Shown: in pieces, positions 13,474 through 25,307 of the stretch
Position numbering within the stretch: the stretch's first letter is position 1
How the letters are laid out: each line of letters begins with the position of its first letter
Assembly: GCF_006345805.1 (NCBI RefSeq)
Contig: NC_042998.1
Coordinates: 176,824,001 to 176,888,000, forward strand
Direction of reading: 5' to 3'
DNA: 64,000 nt
Source: Octopus sinensis
Lineage: Eukaryota
Made by a program: the position numbers and the translations under genes
Notes under the pieces: generated by a model
What the model saw: the letters and a program-made list of their open reading frames with translations, nothing else
What the model was told of the DNA's origin: nothing
Databases searched by the model: none

Positions 13474-13620
13474 TGTATGTATGTATGTATGTATGTATGC
13501 ATGCATGTATGTATGTATGTAGGTATACGTATGCATGTATGTATGTATATACATACATACATACATACATACATACATACATACATACATACATACATTC
13601 GTACACACATATATATATAT
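13135..13620. repeat. (TATG)n array switching to (CATA)n
   Basis: Seen directly; the strand switch is near 13548. Confidence 0.95.
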
Positions 13621-14839
13621 AGGTTAACATCAGGGGGAGTATAACGGAAGGTGTCATGCATATATTACATAAAAGCAGAGGGAGGATAACGAGAAGGGCC
13701 ATAAACATATTACTTAACAGCGAAGGAAATATAACGAAAGCATGACAAATTGGAATGCTTGCTATATAAGATAGAAAATACTGTTATGCAATCTCTCTGT
13801 TTTGGAAAGTGAAAGACTACATGGAACCGGGGAGGGGAATGTCAAGAAGAGATGGAAATCGTTGCCCTATGTCTTAAAATGTTGGGCTTAGATATAGTTT
13901 GACTACATTAGCTTTTCCGAAGCAAGTCTGACCTGGAGCTAAATAAACAATAGTTTGTGAATAATAAATTCATTTTGTATTGCTTGAAAATGAAAATTTT
14001 AGTTGTGATATTATGTGGTGTTCATAATTTTTCGAATATAATTTGCACTGTAAGTAAAAACGGGTTTCCAATTAGTAAATCGTGGCAATTACCGGTTCGT
14101 CATGAAGTTACCGGCGATCAGATTTTATTATTATTCAAAATAGTACAAACGCAAACATATTATTGATAGCATATAGCACAAACGTAAATACTTACAAAAA
14201 TACACAGATACATATACATACATACATACATACATTCTTTCATACATACATACATACATACATACATACATACATACATACATGCGTACGTACATACGTA
14301 CATTCTTTCATACATACATACATGCGTACGTACATACATACATTCTTTCATACATACATACATGCGTACGTACATACGTACATTCTTTCATACATAAATA
14401 CATGCGTACGTACGTACATACACACACTCACTTCCGGGATGACTCATCGTAGCTTCACTCACACTCCCAATCTCCCACCCTCCCATTCACTCTACTTACA
14501 CTACATCGCCACCAATCTTTCTCCACTTCTCCTCATCTTTACTATTCTTTACTATTCCTTCTCCTTTCCTATTTTCTCTCTCTCTCTACATCTTTCTTCC
14601 TTTCCTCATCATGTCTTTTTTTCTCTCATTTCTTTCGTTATTTTTATATATTTTTTTTCCGTCTGACTTCTTGTCTCTTTGTCGTCTGTCATCTTATCCT
14701 TTCTATTTCTCCTTTCTTCGTTCACTCCAAGTTATTTCCTTCCGATTTCTTCTTTCTTCTCTCCCTTTTCTCAAAATCTCTTCTGTCTTTCCATGTAAAT
14801 TTTTCGAGTGATTTTGCATTCTTTCTCTACTTTCCTTTC

Positions 14840-15227
14840 TTAGATAAGCTTTTCTTTGTTTCTCTCCAGCTTTCTTTCTCACTTCCTTCCTTCCTTCCTT
14901 CCTTCCTTCCTTCCTTCCTTCCTTCTTTTCTTTCTTTCTTTCTTTCTTTCTTTTCTTTCTTTCTTTTTTCTTTTTCTTTCCTCCTTTCTTTCGTTCTTTC
15001 TTTCTTTCTGTCTACATCTTTCTTTCTTTCTTTCTTTCTTTCTACATTTTTCTTTCTTTCTTTCTTTCTTCTTTCTTTCTGTCTACATCTTTCTTTCTTT
15101 CTACATTTTTCTTTCTTTCTTTCTTTCTGTCTACATCTTCCTTTCTTTCTTTCTTTCTGTCTACATCTTCCTTTCTTTCTTTCTTTCTGTCTACATCTTT
15201 CTTTCTTTCTTTCTTTCTTTCTACATT

Positions 15228-15259
<32 letters not shown>

Positions 15260-15294
15260 TTTCTTTCTGTCTACATCTTTCTTTCTTTCTTTCT

Positions 15295-15325
<31 letters not shown>

Positions 15326-15366
15326 ACATCTTTCTTTCTTTCTTCTTTCCTTCTTTCTTTTTTCAT

Positions 15367-15418
<52 letters not shown>

Positions 15419-15500
15419 TCGTTCATTCATTTATTCTTTCTTCTTTCTTTCTTTCTTTCTTTCTTTCTTTTTTCATTACTATATTTGTTTTTAAACTTTC
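14840..15500. repeat. (CTTT)n tract with higher-order unit ctgtctacatcttt(cttt)n
   Basis: The motif ctacat recurs about ten times at irregular ~25-55 bp spacing. Confidence 0.9.
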
Positions 15501-16179
15501 ATTCTCTCGTTGTTCTTTTTCTCGTTGTTCTTTTTCTTTTCCTTTCTTTTATTTCATCGTTCTTCTCTCTGCCAACCCGTTTGTCTTGCTTACATGTATA
15601 TTTACTCATTTATTAATTTTTTCTTTGTCAGTTCTTTCTTTTAAACTATTTTACTAGTTTTTCTTACCAACCTTTGTTTAAAACAACTTTTTTCTTGTAT
15701 TGCGGTCTGTAAAATTTAGTGAACTTCATCATTCTCCTTTTGTCAGTCCAACTTATTACCAATATACTATAGGCACTTATGCACCATCAAAACTCTCCTC
15801 CTCCACATCTTCCTCCTCCCCTCCTCCCCTCCTCCCCATCTTCCTCCCCCTCCTCCCCATCTTCCTCCTCCTCCTCCTCCCCATCTTCCTCCTCTCCTCC
15901 CCCTTCCTCTCCTCCTCCTCCTCTTCATATCCTCCTCCCTATCCCTCCAATCTCCTCTCCTCCTCCTCCTCCTCCTCCTCCTCCTCCTCGTCGTCGTCGT
16001 CATTGTTATCGCTATTATTATTTGGTAAGATTATTCGCCGGTACTTTGCTTTTCATGTTTCAGAATATAAAATGACGTAGTTAAATACAACGAAGCAGTT
16101 TCACCTCCGTCCTACCGATTCTGTCACCTATTGCCTTCCTTTTACTTCAGCAATAGGGAAATTCAAAATCGCAAAAGTC

Positions 16180-16950
16180 CTAGGACCAGACTAAATCACA
16201 GACATACATCCAATCACCAAATCGTGTTGGGTCGGAAGGAATCGCTGTACTTCCCAAAACATGCAACTGCTTGACCTAACACAGCCAATCCCTAAAATTT
16301 GGTAACTAGGCAAACCAGCAGAATTCTAAAGCCCAGCAAAACATCCAAATAGTTTCACACAGAACCGCCACCCATCTTTGTACGTCTGCAACCTACAGCC
16401 TTGATATTATGAAGCCATAGTTTTCCTTCTCTAAATCAGAAACGGGCTCAGACAACTACACTCAGCCACAATTTCATCAACGAACTTTACATAAAGATGA
16501 CGGCTGCATCAACAAAACCCTCCTGCTAGTCTAGCAATCAACGTGAGCAAAAATTTGAAATCAACACTCCGGCTATACTTTTATACTTAAAATATATTAT
16601 TTTCTTCTTAAGAAGCAAAACACAAAACGCTGGTTTGTAAACTATCTTGCCAGTACTAAGTCGATGTAAGAGAAAGTTTAAAATTATACAAATGGAACAC
16701 TACAAGGATTCGTCGTCGCACCCACATTCATAAAATTATATTCACACGATCCTCACCACATTTCCTCAAAATATACGCACAGTCTCATGCACAGATAGCA
16801 TTACTCTAATATCGTTCTCTAGTCACAGTTACTCACCTGCTCTAACCTTGTAGCAATCTCAAGGGAACTTTCACCAAACAACAGACGTAACGCAGTGTAA
16901 TCTTTCCTCTTATCGGTAATACAAGAAAACATAAATTACCGCCAAGCATC
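16180..16950 (+). pseudogene. Decayed LINE reverse transcriptase (Jockey/I-group-like)
   Basis: Ordered degenerate RT motifs: KVLGPD*I, IPKIW, PAKHP, GLRQLHSAT, HQQNPP..INVSK, NGTLQGFVVAPTF, SCTDSIT (YADD equivalent). Multiple stops. Confidence 0.7.
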
Positions 16951-17109
16951 ACACTCAAGAACATAAACATGCTACATTTACAGAAAACTAGGAATTGCAT
17001 GCAACGCTTGCATAATATTGAAAGTACATACAGAAAGCAGAAAGAAGCACAGCATTCTTAGATCGCACACCTACTCTGCATTTGTCCAACAGAAGAAGCA
17101 ACAACGTCA

Positions 17110-17141
<32 letters not shown>

Positions 17142-17144
<3 letters not shown>

Positions 17145-17548
17145 TCTTTTACTCTTTTACTTGTTTCAGTCATTTGACTGCGGCCATGCTGGAGCACCGC
17201 CTTTAGTCGAGCAAATCGACCCCGGGACTTATTCTTTGTAAGCCCAGTACTTATTCTATCGGTTTCTTTTGCCGAACCGCTAAGTGACGGGGACGTAAAC
17301 ACACCAGCATCGGTTGTCAAGCAATGCTAGGGGGACAAACACAGACACAAAAACACATACACATACACTTATATATATATATATACATATATACGACAGG
17401 CTTCTTTCAGTTTCCGTCTACCAAATCCACTCACAAGGCATTGGTCGGCCCGGGGCTATAGCAGAAGACACTTGCCCAAGATGCCACGCAGTGGGACTGA
17501 ACCCTGAACCATGTGGTTGGTTAGCAAGCTACTTACCACACAGCCACT
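17142..17548 (-). mobile_element. SINE family A
   Basis: Full-length reverse-complement match to the other family A copies. Confidence 0.9.
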
Positions 17549-17574
17549 ATTCAATATATATATATATATTCAAA

Positions 17575-17772
17575 ATGTGACCGGGTGTGTACCGTTGACG
17601 ATTTTTTTTTCCTCCGTCTTCCCTTCTCTGGATCTTTCCTTTTCCTATGTTTCTGACGAAAAGCTCCGCTCGAAACGTTAAACCCTCCTTCTTTCCTGAG
17701 CGTCCAATAATACTATACTTGTTCCACGTCCTCGCGTTGTTGTGTTTTCTCTTTGTGTTTTCATGTTTGGAT

Positions 17773-17778
<6 letters not shown>
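17575..17778 (+). mobile_element. Penelope-LTR-like fragment between (TA)n tracts
   Basis: Contains a minimal hammerhead fold; the downstream part (cctgagcg..aata.tata) resembles the copies at 37013 and 62021. Confidence 0.6.
17649..17683 (+). ncRNA. Minimal type I hammerhead ribozyme motif (stem II base mutated)
   Basis: GUUU-CUGACGA-A-AAGC-UCC-GCUC-GAAAC-GUU-AAAC: 4-bp stem I, canonical core, palindromic ACGU stem III. Confidence 0.6.
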
Positions 17779-17812
<34 letters not shown>

Positions 17813-19149
17813 AACAATATATCTGATACATCATGGATTATACTAAACTGCTCCCAGTTTCTACAAAGCATTACTCTATAAACTACAAGGAACAGAAAAC
17901 AGCGCATCACACCAAATACATTTATAGACCAGTTCGTATAGTACTGCCAGCCGTCACGAGTGAGCGAATATGACATGGTAACATTTACTGTGCTTTTGTT
18001 GATTATTTTAGGTACCTATGTTGTCATAAGCAGACATAGACATCCATTCGGCTCTCTTACTCTTGTCCATCGGAATATCCAGGATGTCACAGCTGGATGG
18101 AGAGATTTCTGCTCCAGCTGGTGTTCATTACAGTTGAGTAGACTGAAGCAGCGTGAATTGAAGTGCCTTGCTGAAGAACACAATACGCCACCTGGTCAAG
18201 GAAGTGAGCCTAGGACCTAACCACTCTCACCTTCATTTCGTTTTTATAATGAAATGAAAATAAAAAAGGTGAAAGATCATCTGGGTATGTGAGGGGTATC
18301 ATTGTCGCGCTAACTTGAGTTTTATCATGTACCTCCAGAACGACAGGCTTTCAGTAAAGACCATGTTGGCAGCTTTGAATGTTCATGAGATTTTACTTCG
18401 GATGATGTAGAACGTTATATGGATCAGGTGACACCCCAAATATTCATAAACATTTCTAGGTGCATCAGGATCTCGTACGAAAAGTGGAAGACGGTTGGAA
18501 TTGTAGAGTGCTGAGGTCAACCTTATTTCACTCTTGGGGTAGAAAATTACTTGAATTAGTTAGAGTGGTTGTAGCAAAAAAAAAAAAAAAAGAACAAAAA
18601 TCCGCCGATGATGTTTCAAACCTGCGAATAGTTTATAAAACTAATGATTAAAAAAAGGCAATATAAAACTTTAAACTGACAGGTTTTATAGTGCATTCAT
18701 TAATAGTCCAACTTCTAATGTCACAAAAATAACGATAAAGTTGAAAATGCTAATTTAAACGAGAAAAAAATATTAAGGACTGCCTCGACAGTATTTGTTT
18801 TATTTTTTTACTAGCATTGAAGCAAAAGGGAATTCTTTGCTATGAAGTAGCTCCAGGATCAAGCGAAAATTTGATTGATATATGTCGAGAGAATCTGCCG
18901 CTTTGCCAAAAGAATTTATCCAGCAAGCGACAAAAACGACTGTGTTATCTTTCAATGTTGCGAATAACAAGGAGCGCTTCCACATGTCCTCGAAAGAGGA
19001 GTCACAGATATCCTTTGACAAGTGTCAGTTTTCGATTGGAAGAACAATGCTTTCACTTGAAAGTGTGTGTGTTGGTTTTTAGGTTCGAGAATAAAGCAGA
19101 GGGTGTGCACCACATGCTTGGTCAGACTTGGTGCCGCAGACGTATAAAC

Positions 19150-19330
19150 AATGAAATACATGGATCCCGGTGGGTGGTGACGGTACCCTTGGCTTGCTAT
19201 CTCCTTTGCGGTTTGCATAAACTTGTTGGACATGATAACTCTTTGAAGACCAGACGGTTCCTGGAGGTATCTTCTTCTCCAGCACAGAATCGGCCAGAGG
19301 GTATCAGCAGCAGTTCCACCACATGGCCTT
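19150..19330 (-). pseudogene. Possible old mariner transposase relic
   Basis: MWWNCC..KIPPGTVWSSKSY..Q weakly resembles the mariner VWWD..G..PG.TI.S..Y..QL motif. Confidence 0.25.
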
Positions 19331-20530
19331 GAACGATAGAAAAGAGACGGGTCATAGAGAAAGGTGGGAATTTATCAGAGACAGTAAGAAAGAAAGAAAG
19401 CATGAACCCTGACTATAATCAAGTCAAAGGCTGGAAGTGACGATACTTCTAGAACTCCTGATATATAGAATGATAAGGATAGATAATCAAAGCCTATTTG
19501 AATTGATGACCCTCAAAGGAAAAAAACAAATTTGTACTAATTTTAAAGGCCGTAGTGTGTCATTTGAGTGTGTTTTGGCTGCTATTTCTCGACGCTTGGT
19601 CTGCCATATAGAACCTCCTTTTGCAGCTGTTGTTTAACGCTTGGTTATCTCTGACCGAGCAAATCTATGACCAAAATGTGTTTAAAAAATAAATTAGGTA
19701 ACTTTGAAGATTATTTCTGATTTCTATCCTGAAAAATACATGATATTATTTCATAGTTGACCATTTTCTTCTTTCCCTCTCTCTGCCATCAAGATCTGAA
19801 AAAAATTACTTAAATACACGGCTTGAATGTAATATAATTAATTAATTGTCCATCTGTTGTTCTATTACTCTACCATGACGGCATACAATATACAGAAACA
19901 GGCTGTCTAAAGATATAGAGCAAATATGAAATATTAAATATCAAATGTTTAAACAATATAACGTCTTGAGTTACTTGCTTTTAACGATAATTTGAAGAAG
20001 AAAAAAAGAATTTTCCCATTTTTAATGATAATTTAATGATAATTTGAAGAAAAAAAGAATTTTCCCATTTTTTCTCATTTGCACGAAAAAGACATATCTG
20101 ATAATTATAAAATTAGAATTAAAAATATGTCAACCACTTACAGTGATAAGTTTTCATTCGCACATGGTTTATTCATGGACGTTGGTCTTAAAGCAATATA
20201 TGAAAACCACGTGTACGTACCTAATTCACCTTTTGGGTAGTGCATGTTCGAAATATAGCTGATATTGTTTAACTTTAATTTAAAGAAAACCGGAAGGAAA
20301 TGCTGCACCCTGTTAGTGAAACATTGATATTGATGTAGTGATCTAGACCATGTCTAACTGTTTGATAAGGTCTACAATAATTCCAATGTACGCCATGCTT
20401 TCGGGTGCACAAGCAATATGTGTTAGTCGCTTGCACACACACACACACACACATACACACACACATCTATACTTGTGTGTATGTATGTATGTATATATGT
20501 ATGTATGTATTATGTATGTATGTATGTATG

Positions 20531-20564
<34 letters not shown>

Positions 20565-20964
20565 TGTATGTATGTATGTATGTATATATGTATGTATGTA
20601 TGAATGTATGTATGTTTATGTTGGGCAAATACATTCGTTGTTTATAGAGTACGATTGGCTTTCTGTAATGCATTTTTGTCGCTTTAAAAAAGCCTGTGTC
20701 AGAGGTATCGCTGCATATTTAGCATCTCTATTATATATTGCATATTATGGCTGGCCGAAATCGAGAAAGGCAAAACACTCAACAAAAAATTCCATGATGG
20801 AATAAAAGCATATGTCAACAGGGATAGTAAGCTCTGTGAACACCTGCTACAAGAAGCGCCCATCGTTGCTATATCTGTCATAAAGTGTAAGAGTGAAAAG
20901 CCATGTTCATACTGCTCATGTTTAAGAGGATAATCACGCGATGGCATCGCTCAAAATCAAATTA

Positions 20965-21410
20965 CAGCCATCGCGTACGTACGTATGTATGTATGTATGT
21001 ATGTATGTATGTATGTATGTATGTATGTATGTATGTATGTATGTATGTATGTACGTATGTATGTATGCATGTATGAATGTATGTATGTATGTATGTACGT
21101 ACGTACGTACGTATGTATGTACGTATGTATGCATGTATGTATGTATGTATGTATGTATGTACGTACGTACGTATGTATGTATGTATGTATGTATGTATGT
21201 ATGTATGTATTGTATGTATGTATGCATGTATGTATGTATGTATGTATGTATGTATGTACGTATGTATGTATGCATGTATGTATGTATGTATGTATGTATG
21301 TATGTATGTATGTACGTATGTATGCATGTATGTATGTATGTATGTATGTATGTATGTATGTATGTATGTATGTATGTATGTATGTTTGTATGTATGTATG
21401 AATATATGCA
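20965..21410. repeat. (TATG)n array
   Basis: Seen directly; abuts the 3' end of an RLE-type LINE fragment. Confidence 0.95.
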
Positions 21411-21700
21411 TGCATGCTCTCTACTATTTTAAGTTTTTGAAGTCTTCTGATAATGAAGGAGCAGTTTTCTAACAAAGCCCCATGAATGGAATGTTGATAA
21501 CAGAAAAAAAAAAGATAAGTCGCATGTTAAACCTGAGAAAAGTCTCGCATATTTCTACTGTTCCATTTACAAATTGTATTTGTAATCTGCGTATTAGCTG
21601 GTTGATTTCTTTTTCTGAAAACACTAGCTTTTCCGGATTGTCATTTAGGCATTTACTTACTAAATCAAATGCACTTTTGTTTATTGATATAGACGTAAAT
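21410..21700 (-). mobile_element. 3' end of an RLE-type non-LTR retrotransposon (diverged copy)
   Basis: Homologous to 28975-29235 and 29525-29770. Followed on the minus strand by (CATA)n. Confidence 0.55.
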
Positions 21701-21707
21701 TTATAAT

Positions 21708-22130
21708 CTCTCTTTACTCTCTTTTACTCTTTTATTTGTTTCAGTCATTTGACTGTGGCCATGCTGGAGCACCGCTTTTAGTCGAGCAAATCGACCCCGG
21801 GACTTATTCTTTTATAACCCAGTACTTATTCTATCGGTCTCTTTGCCGAACCGCTAAGTAACGGGGACATAAACACACCAGCATCGGTTGTCAAGCAATG
21901 CTAGGGGGACAAGCACAGACACACAAACACACACACACGCATATATATATATATATACATATATACGACGGGCTTCTTTCAGTTTCCATCTACCAAATCC
22001 ACTCACAAGGCATTGGTCGGCCCGAGGCTATAGTAGAAGACACTTGCCCAAGATGCCACGCAGTGGGACAGAACCCGGAACCATGTGGTTGGTTAGCAAG
22101 CTACTTACCACACAACCACTCCTGCGCCTA
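21708..22130 (-). mobile_element. SINE family A
   Basis: Full-length match; inverted relative to the copy at 22363-22780. Confidence 0.9.
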
Positions 22131-22362
22131 TAATATGTGCATAAAAGCTGAAAGTTTCGAAGCGGTGTGTCCGTAGTTATCCTCTTTCTTTTTGATTTTC
22201 GAAGTTATTCACATTAGCAGAGCAGCTGACTTCTATCGCGGTTACACAAATTTTCTTAGCAGTCCCGAACAATTATACCTGGCCTCCTATGTTTGCTCTT
22301 GGTAGAAAAAGTTTTGATGGAAATGTTCCACCAATATTTCTTGTGCAGATGTTTATGTATAA

Positions 22363-22780
22363 TAGGCGCAGGAGTGGCTGTGTGGTAAGTAGCTTGCTAA
22401 CAAGCCACATGGTTCCGGGTTCAGTCCCACTGCGTGGCATCTTGGGCAAGTGTCTTCTGCTAATACCCCGGGCCGACCAATGCCTTGTGAGTGGATTTGG
22501 TAGACGGAAACTGAAAGAAGCCTGTCGTATATATATATATATATATGTATATGTATGTATGTGCATGTGTTTGTGTGTCTGTGTTTGTACCCCTAGCATT
22601 GTTTGACAACCGATGCTGGTGTGTTTACGTTCTCGTCACTTAGCCGTTTGGCAAAAGAGACCGATAGAATAAGTACTGGGCTTACAAAGAATAAGTCCCG
22701 GGGTCGATTTGCTCGACTAAAGGCGGTGTTCCAGCATGGCCGCAGTCAAATGACTGAAACATGTAAAAGAGTAAAAGAAT
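22363..22780 (+). mobile_element. SINE family A
   Basis: Full-length match. Confidence 0.9.
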
Positions 22781-23164
22781 ATATATTCAATAACAGGATT
22801 ATTCTCTATATCTATTCCTTGACAGTCCTTCTAACCGGATGGCATTGTACATTTCTAACAAAGTCTCACCGCATTGGGAAGTAGCATTTTGATCGCATGT
22901 GTGATGTTTTCCATAAAAATATGACATAATTTACACTTCATTTGCATTTCGGGGCATCGAGGGCTTCATTATTCTTTTAGGTTTATAGTAATATCCTGGT
23001 GCTGCATGGAAAATATAGAGCCTCTGGAGTGTGATGAAATGTAGCGGTCACCTGTCCCAAAAAGTTTTGTATGTATGCATATATATATATCTTCGTTTTT
23101 TCGTTTTTCTTGTTTCAGCTCAGAGCTGCGGCCATGCTGATGCACCGCCGCTTTGTGCTACGCT

Positions 23165-23360
23165 GTTATTACGAAGAGCCTCCTCTAATATGTGGCACTT
23201 GGTGAAGAATGGAGTTTGATATAGCTACACTCATTTGCACCTCTTGCCGTGAGGTAGGTTCATCTGGGACTCTCGACAGGAAGATGTCCAGCTTTGATTT
23301 AAAAACCGCTACATCTACTTTGTGCAAGTTCCTCAGACTCTTTGGGAGAATATTAAAATA
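23165..23360 (-). mobile_element. 3' end of a CR1-like LINE
   Basis: Minus peptide FNILPKSLRNLHKVDVAVFKSKLDIFLSRVPDEPT is a typical CR1-group ORF2 C-terminus. Confidence 0.7.
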
Positions 23361-23403
23361 TATGTTCTATATATATGTGATATATATATATATATATATA
23401 TAG

Positions 23404-23728
23404 TGAAGGCGCGAGGCTTAGTGGTTAGGGCATTCGGCTCACGATCGTAAGGTCGTGAGTTCGATTCCAAGCGACGCGTTGTGTCCTTGAGCAAGACACT
23501 TTATTTCATGTTGCTTCAGTCCACTCAGCTGGCAAAAATGAGTTGTACCTGTATTTCAAAGGGCCGGTCTTGTTACACTGTGTGTCACGCTGAATCTCCC
23601 TGAGAACTACGTTAGGGGTACACGTGTTTGTGGAGTGCTCAGCCACTTGCACGTTAATTTCACGAGCAGGCTGTTCTGTTGATCGTATCAGCTGGGACCC
23701 TCGTCGTCGTAACCGACGGAGTGCTCCT
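23404..23728 (+). mobile_element. tRNA-derived SINE with CORE-like domain (family C)
   Basis: A box ggcttagtggttagg, B box gagttcgattcc, CORE-like gtgtccttgagcaagacactt..aaaaatgag. Confidence 0.8.
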
Positions 23729-23752
23729 TATATATATATATATATATATATA

Positions 23753-24007
23753 TTTACTGTTGTGTCTGGGGAGAGTCCTTTTCTTTTTGTGTCTTATAAT
23801 TTAACACACTCACTGGTAGAATTTCCAATTATTTCTTATTTTTATTTTCCTAAAATTTTCGTTGCGTCTTGCGACCTTTTCAATAGTCTATTGAAAAGGT
23901 TAAATTATAAAGCACCAAAAGAAAATGACTCTCGCCAGACACAACAGAATATGCTTCAACACACGAATTCATATAAAGAATCTTGCAAACTAAGTCCCCA
24001 AACGAAA
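23753..24007. mobile_element. Inverted pair of family-2 PLE-like terminal fragments with palindromic junction
   Basis: Arms at ~23755-23812 and ~23897-23950 are reverse complements. The junction is ccttttcaatag-t-ctattgaaaagg. Confidence 0.5.
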
Positions 24008-24963
24008 TCTCTCTATATATAAACGGCAGTTTGTCTGTCTGTGTGTCTGTGTGTCTGTCAGGTTGTACCCTCACCCTGACCACGGCTTTCAACCGATTCT
24101 GATGAAACTTGACACACACATAACCCAATGTCACAATTCAAAACTAACGCAGCGAAAATTTTGAAAAGTTCCCCCAGTTCTGAAAAAATCGATAAATTCG
24201 ACGTGGGGTCGAGAATCAGAAACACAAACCACAGACTGTCTAGGGGACGCAACTCGACCTTTTTAACTCTCAACTCCATCAATATCCAGCTACTTGAAGC
24301 TATTCCTGATGATGTCCACGTCTACAAATCTATTGATAGGACAGCAGACCCAGCCGAGCTTGCCGATTATCCTGTTGAATTCCTGAATTCACTTGAACCG
24401 CCAGGCCTGCCGCCACACATCCTGAAGTTAAAAGTCGGTGCGCCCATTATGCTCATCACGAATTTGGTTCCACCTAAAGAGTGCAACGGCACACGTCTGG
24501 TTGTGAAACATTTGCCACCACATTTAATAACGGCCACAATACTTACCGGTTGTGGGAAGGGAGAGGACGTCTTCATTCCACGCATGCACCTTCAACCGTC
24601 GGGCGCTGACCTACCAATCCACTTCAGGCGTTCTCAGTTTCCTGTTAAACTCTGCTTCGCAATGTCCATCATTAAATCCCAAGGCCAAACGCTACAAGTC
24701 GCTGGGTTATATTTGGGCGAACAGTGCTTCGCCCACGGTCAACTCTACGTGGGCTGTTCACGCGTTGGGAGGCGCAATGATGTTTTCATGTTTTCGCCTA
24801 AAGGGACAGCTAGGAACATCGTATACACAGAAGTATTCGAGTGAAGAGAAGACATTGCAACCTACACATGCGCCTTCGTTCCCTAGAGGAAAGAACTAGA
24901 TTGGGATTAGTCGTTGCCTACTAGGGACTCTTATATACCCGGCAACGCCGGGCTATGCTGCTA

Positions 24964-24964
<1 letters not shown>
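24008..24964 (+). mobile_element. Internally deleted Helitron
   Basis: 5' A|TC at 24008; 3' hairpin cccggc-aac-gccggg (24938-24952) then CTAG|T (24961-24964); carries a helicase fragment. Confidence 0.9.
24128..24844 (+). CDS. Helitron Rep/helicase C-terminal fragment (PIF1-like helicase), uninterrupted frame
   Basis: PVEFLNSLEPPGLPPHILKLKVGAPIML, CNGTRL, QFPVKLCFAMSIIKSQGQTL and HGQLYVGCSRV. The first ~45 aa appear to be non-coding 5' terminal sequence fused in frame. Confidence 0.9.
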   Translation: MSQFKTNAAKILKSSPSSEKIDKFDVGSRIRNTNHRLSRGRNSTFLTLNSINIQLLEAIPDDVHVYKSIDRTADPAELADYPVEFLNSLEPPGLPPHILKLKVGAPIMLITNLVPPKECNGTRLVVKHLPPHLITATILTGCGKGEDVFIPRMHLQPSGADLPIHFRRSQFPVKLCFAMSIIKSQGQTLQVAGLYLGEQCFAHGQLYVGCSRVGRRNDVFMFSPKGTARNIVYTEVFE

Positions 24965-25014
<50 letters not shown>

Positions 25015-25307
25015 CGTGTCATAAACGACAAATGAGGGTACCGGAATTCCCTGCAGAATATGCTATGCAAATGATTTGTTGATAGGGGTCAAACGTTTGT
25101 CCTGTACATTACCTAACTCCGTCAACCAAATCGACATTGCCTGTACAGATGTGCGGTGTACCATATTTCAGATGTCGAAGTGATCCAGTAGTAACGTGAG
25201 AGGAAATGCTTTGCTCAAGAATATAACGCATGACCTGATCAAGGAATTAATCCCACATCACAATTACGAGAGTAGCATCATAACCTGTATCTTCACTTTA
25301 ATATATA

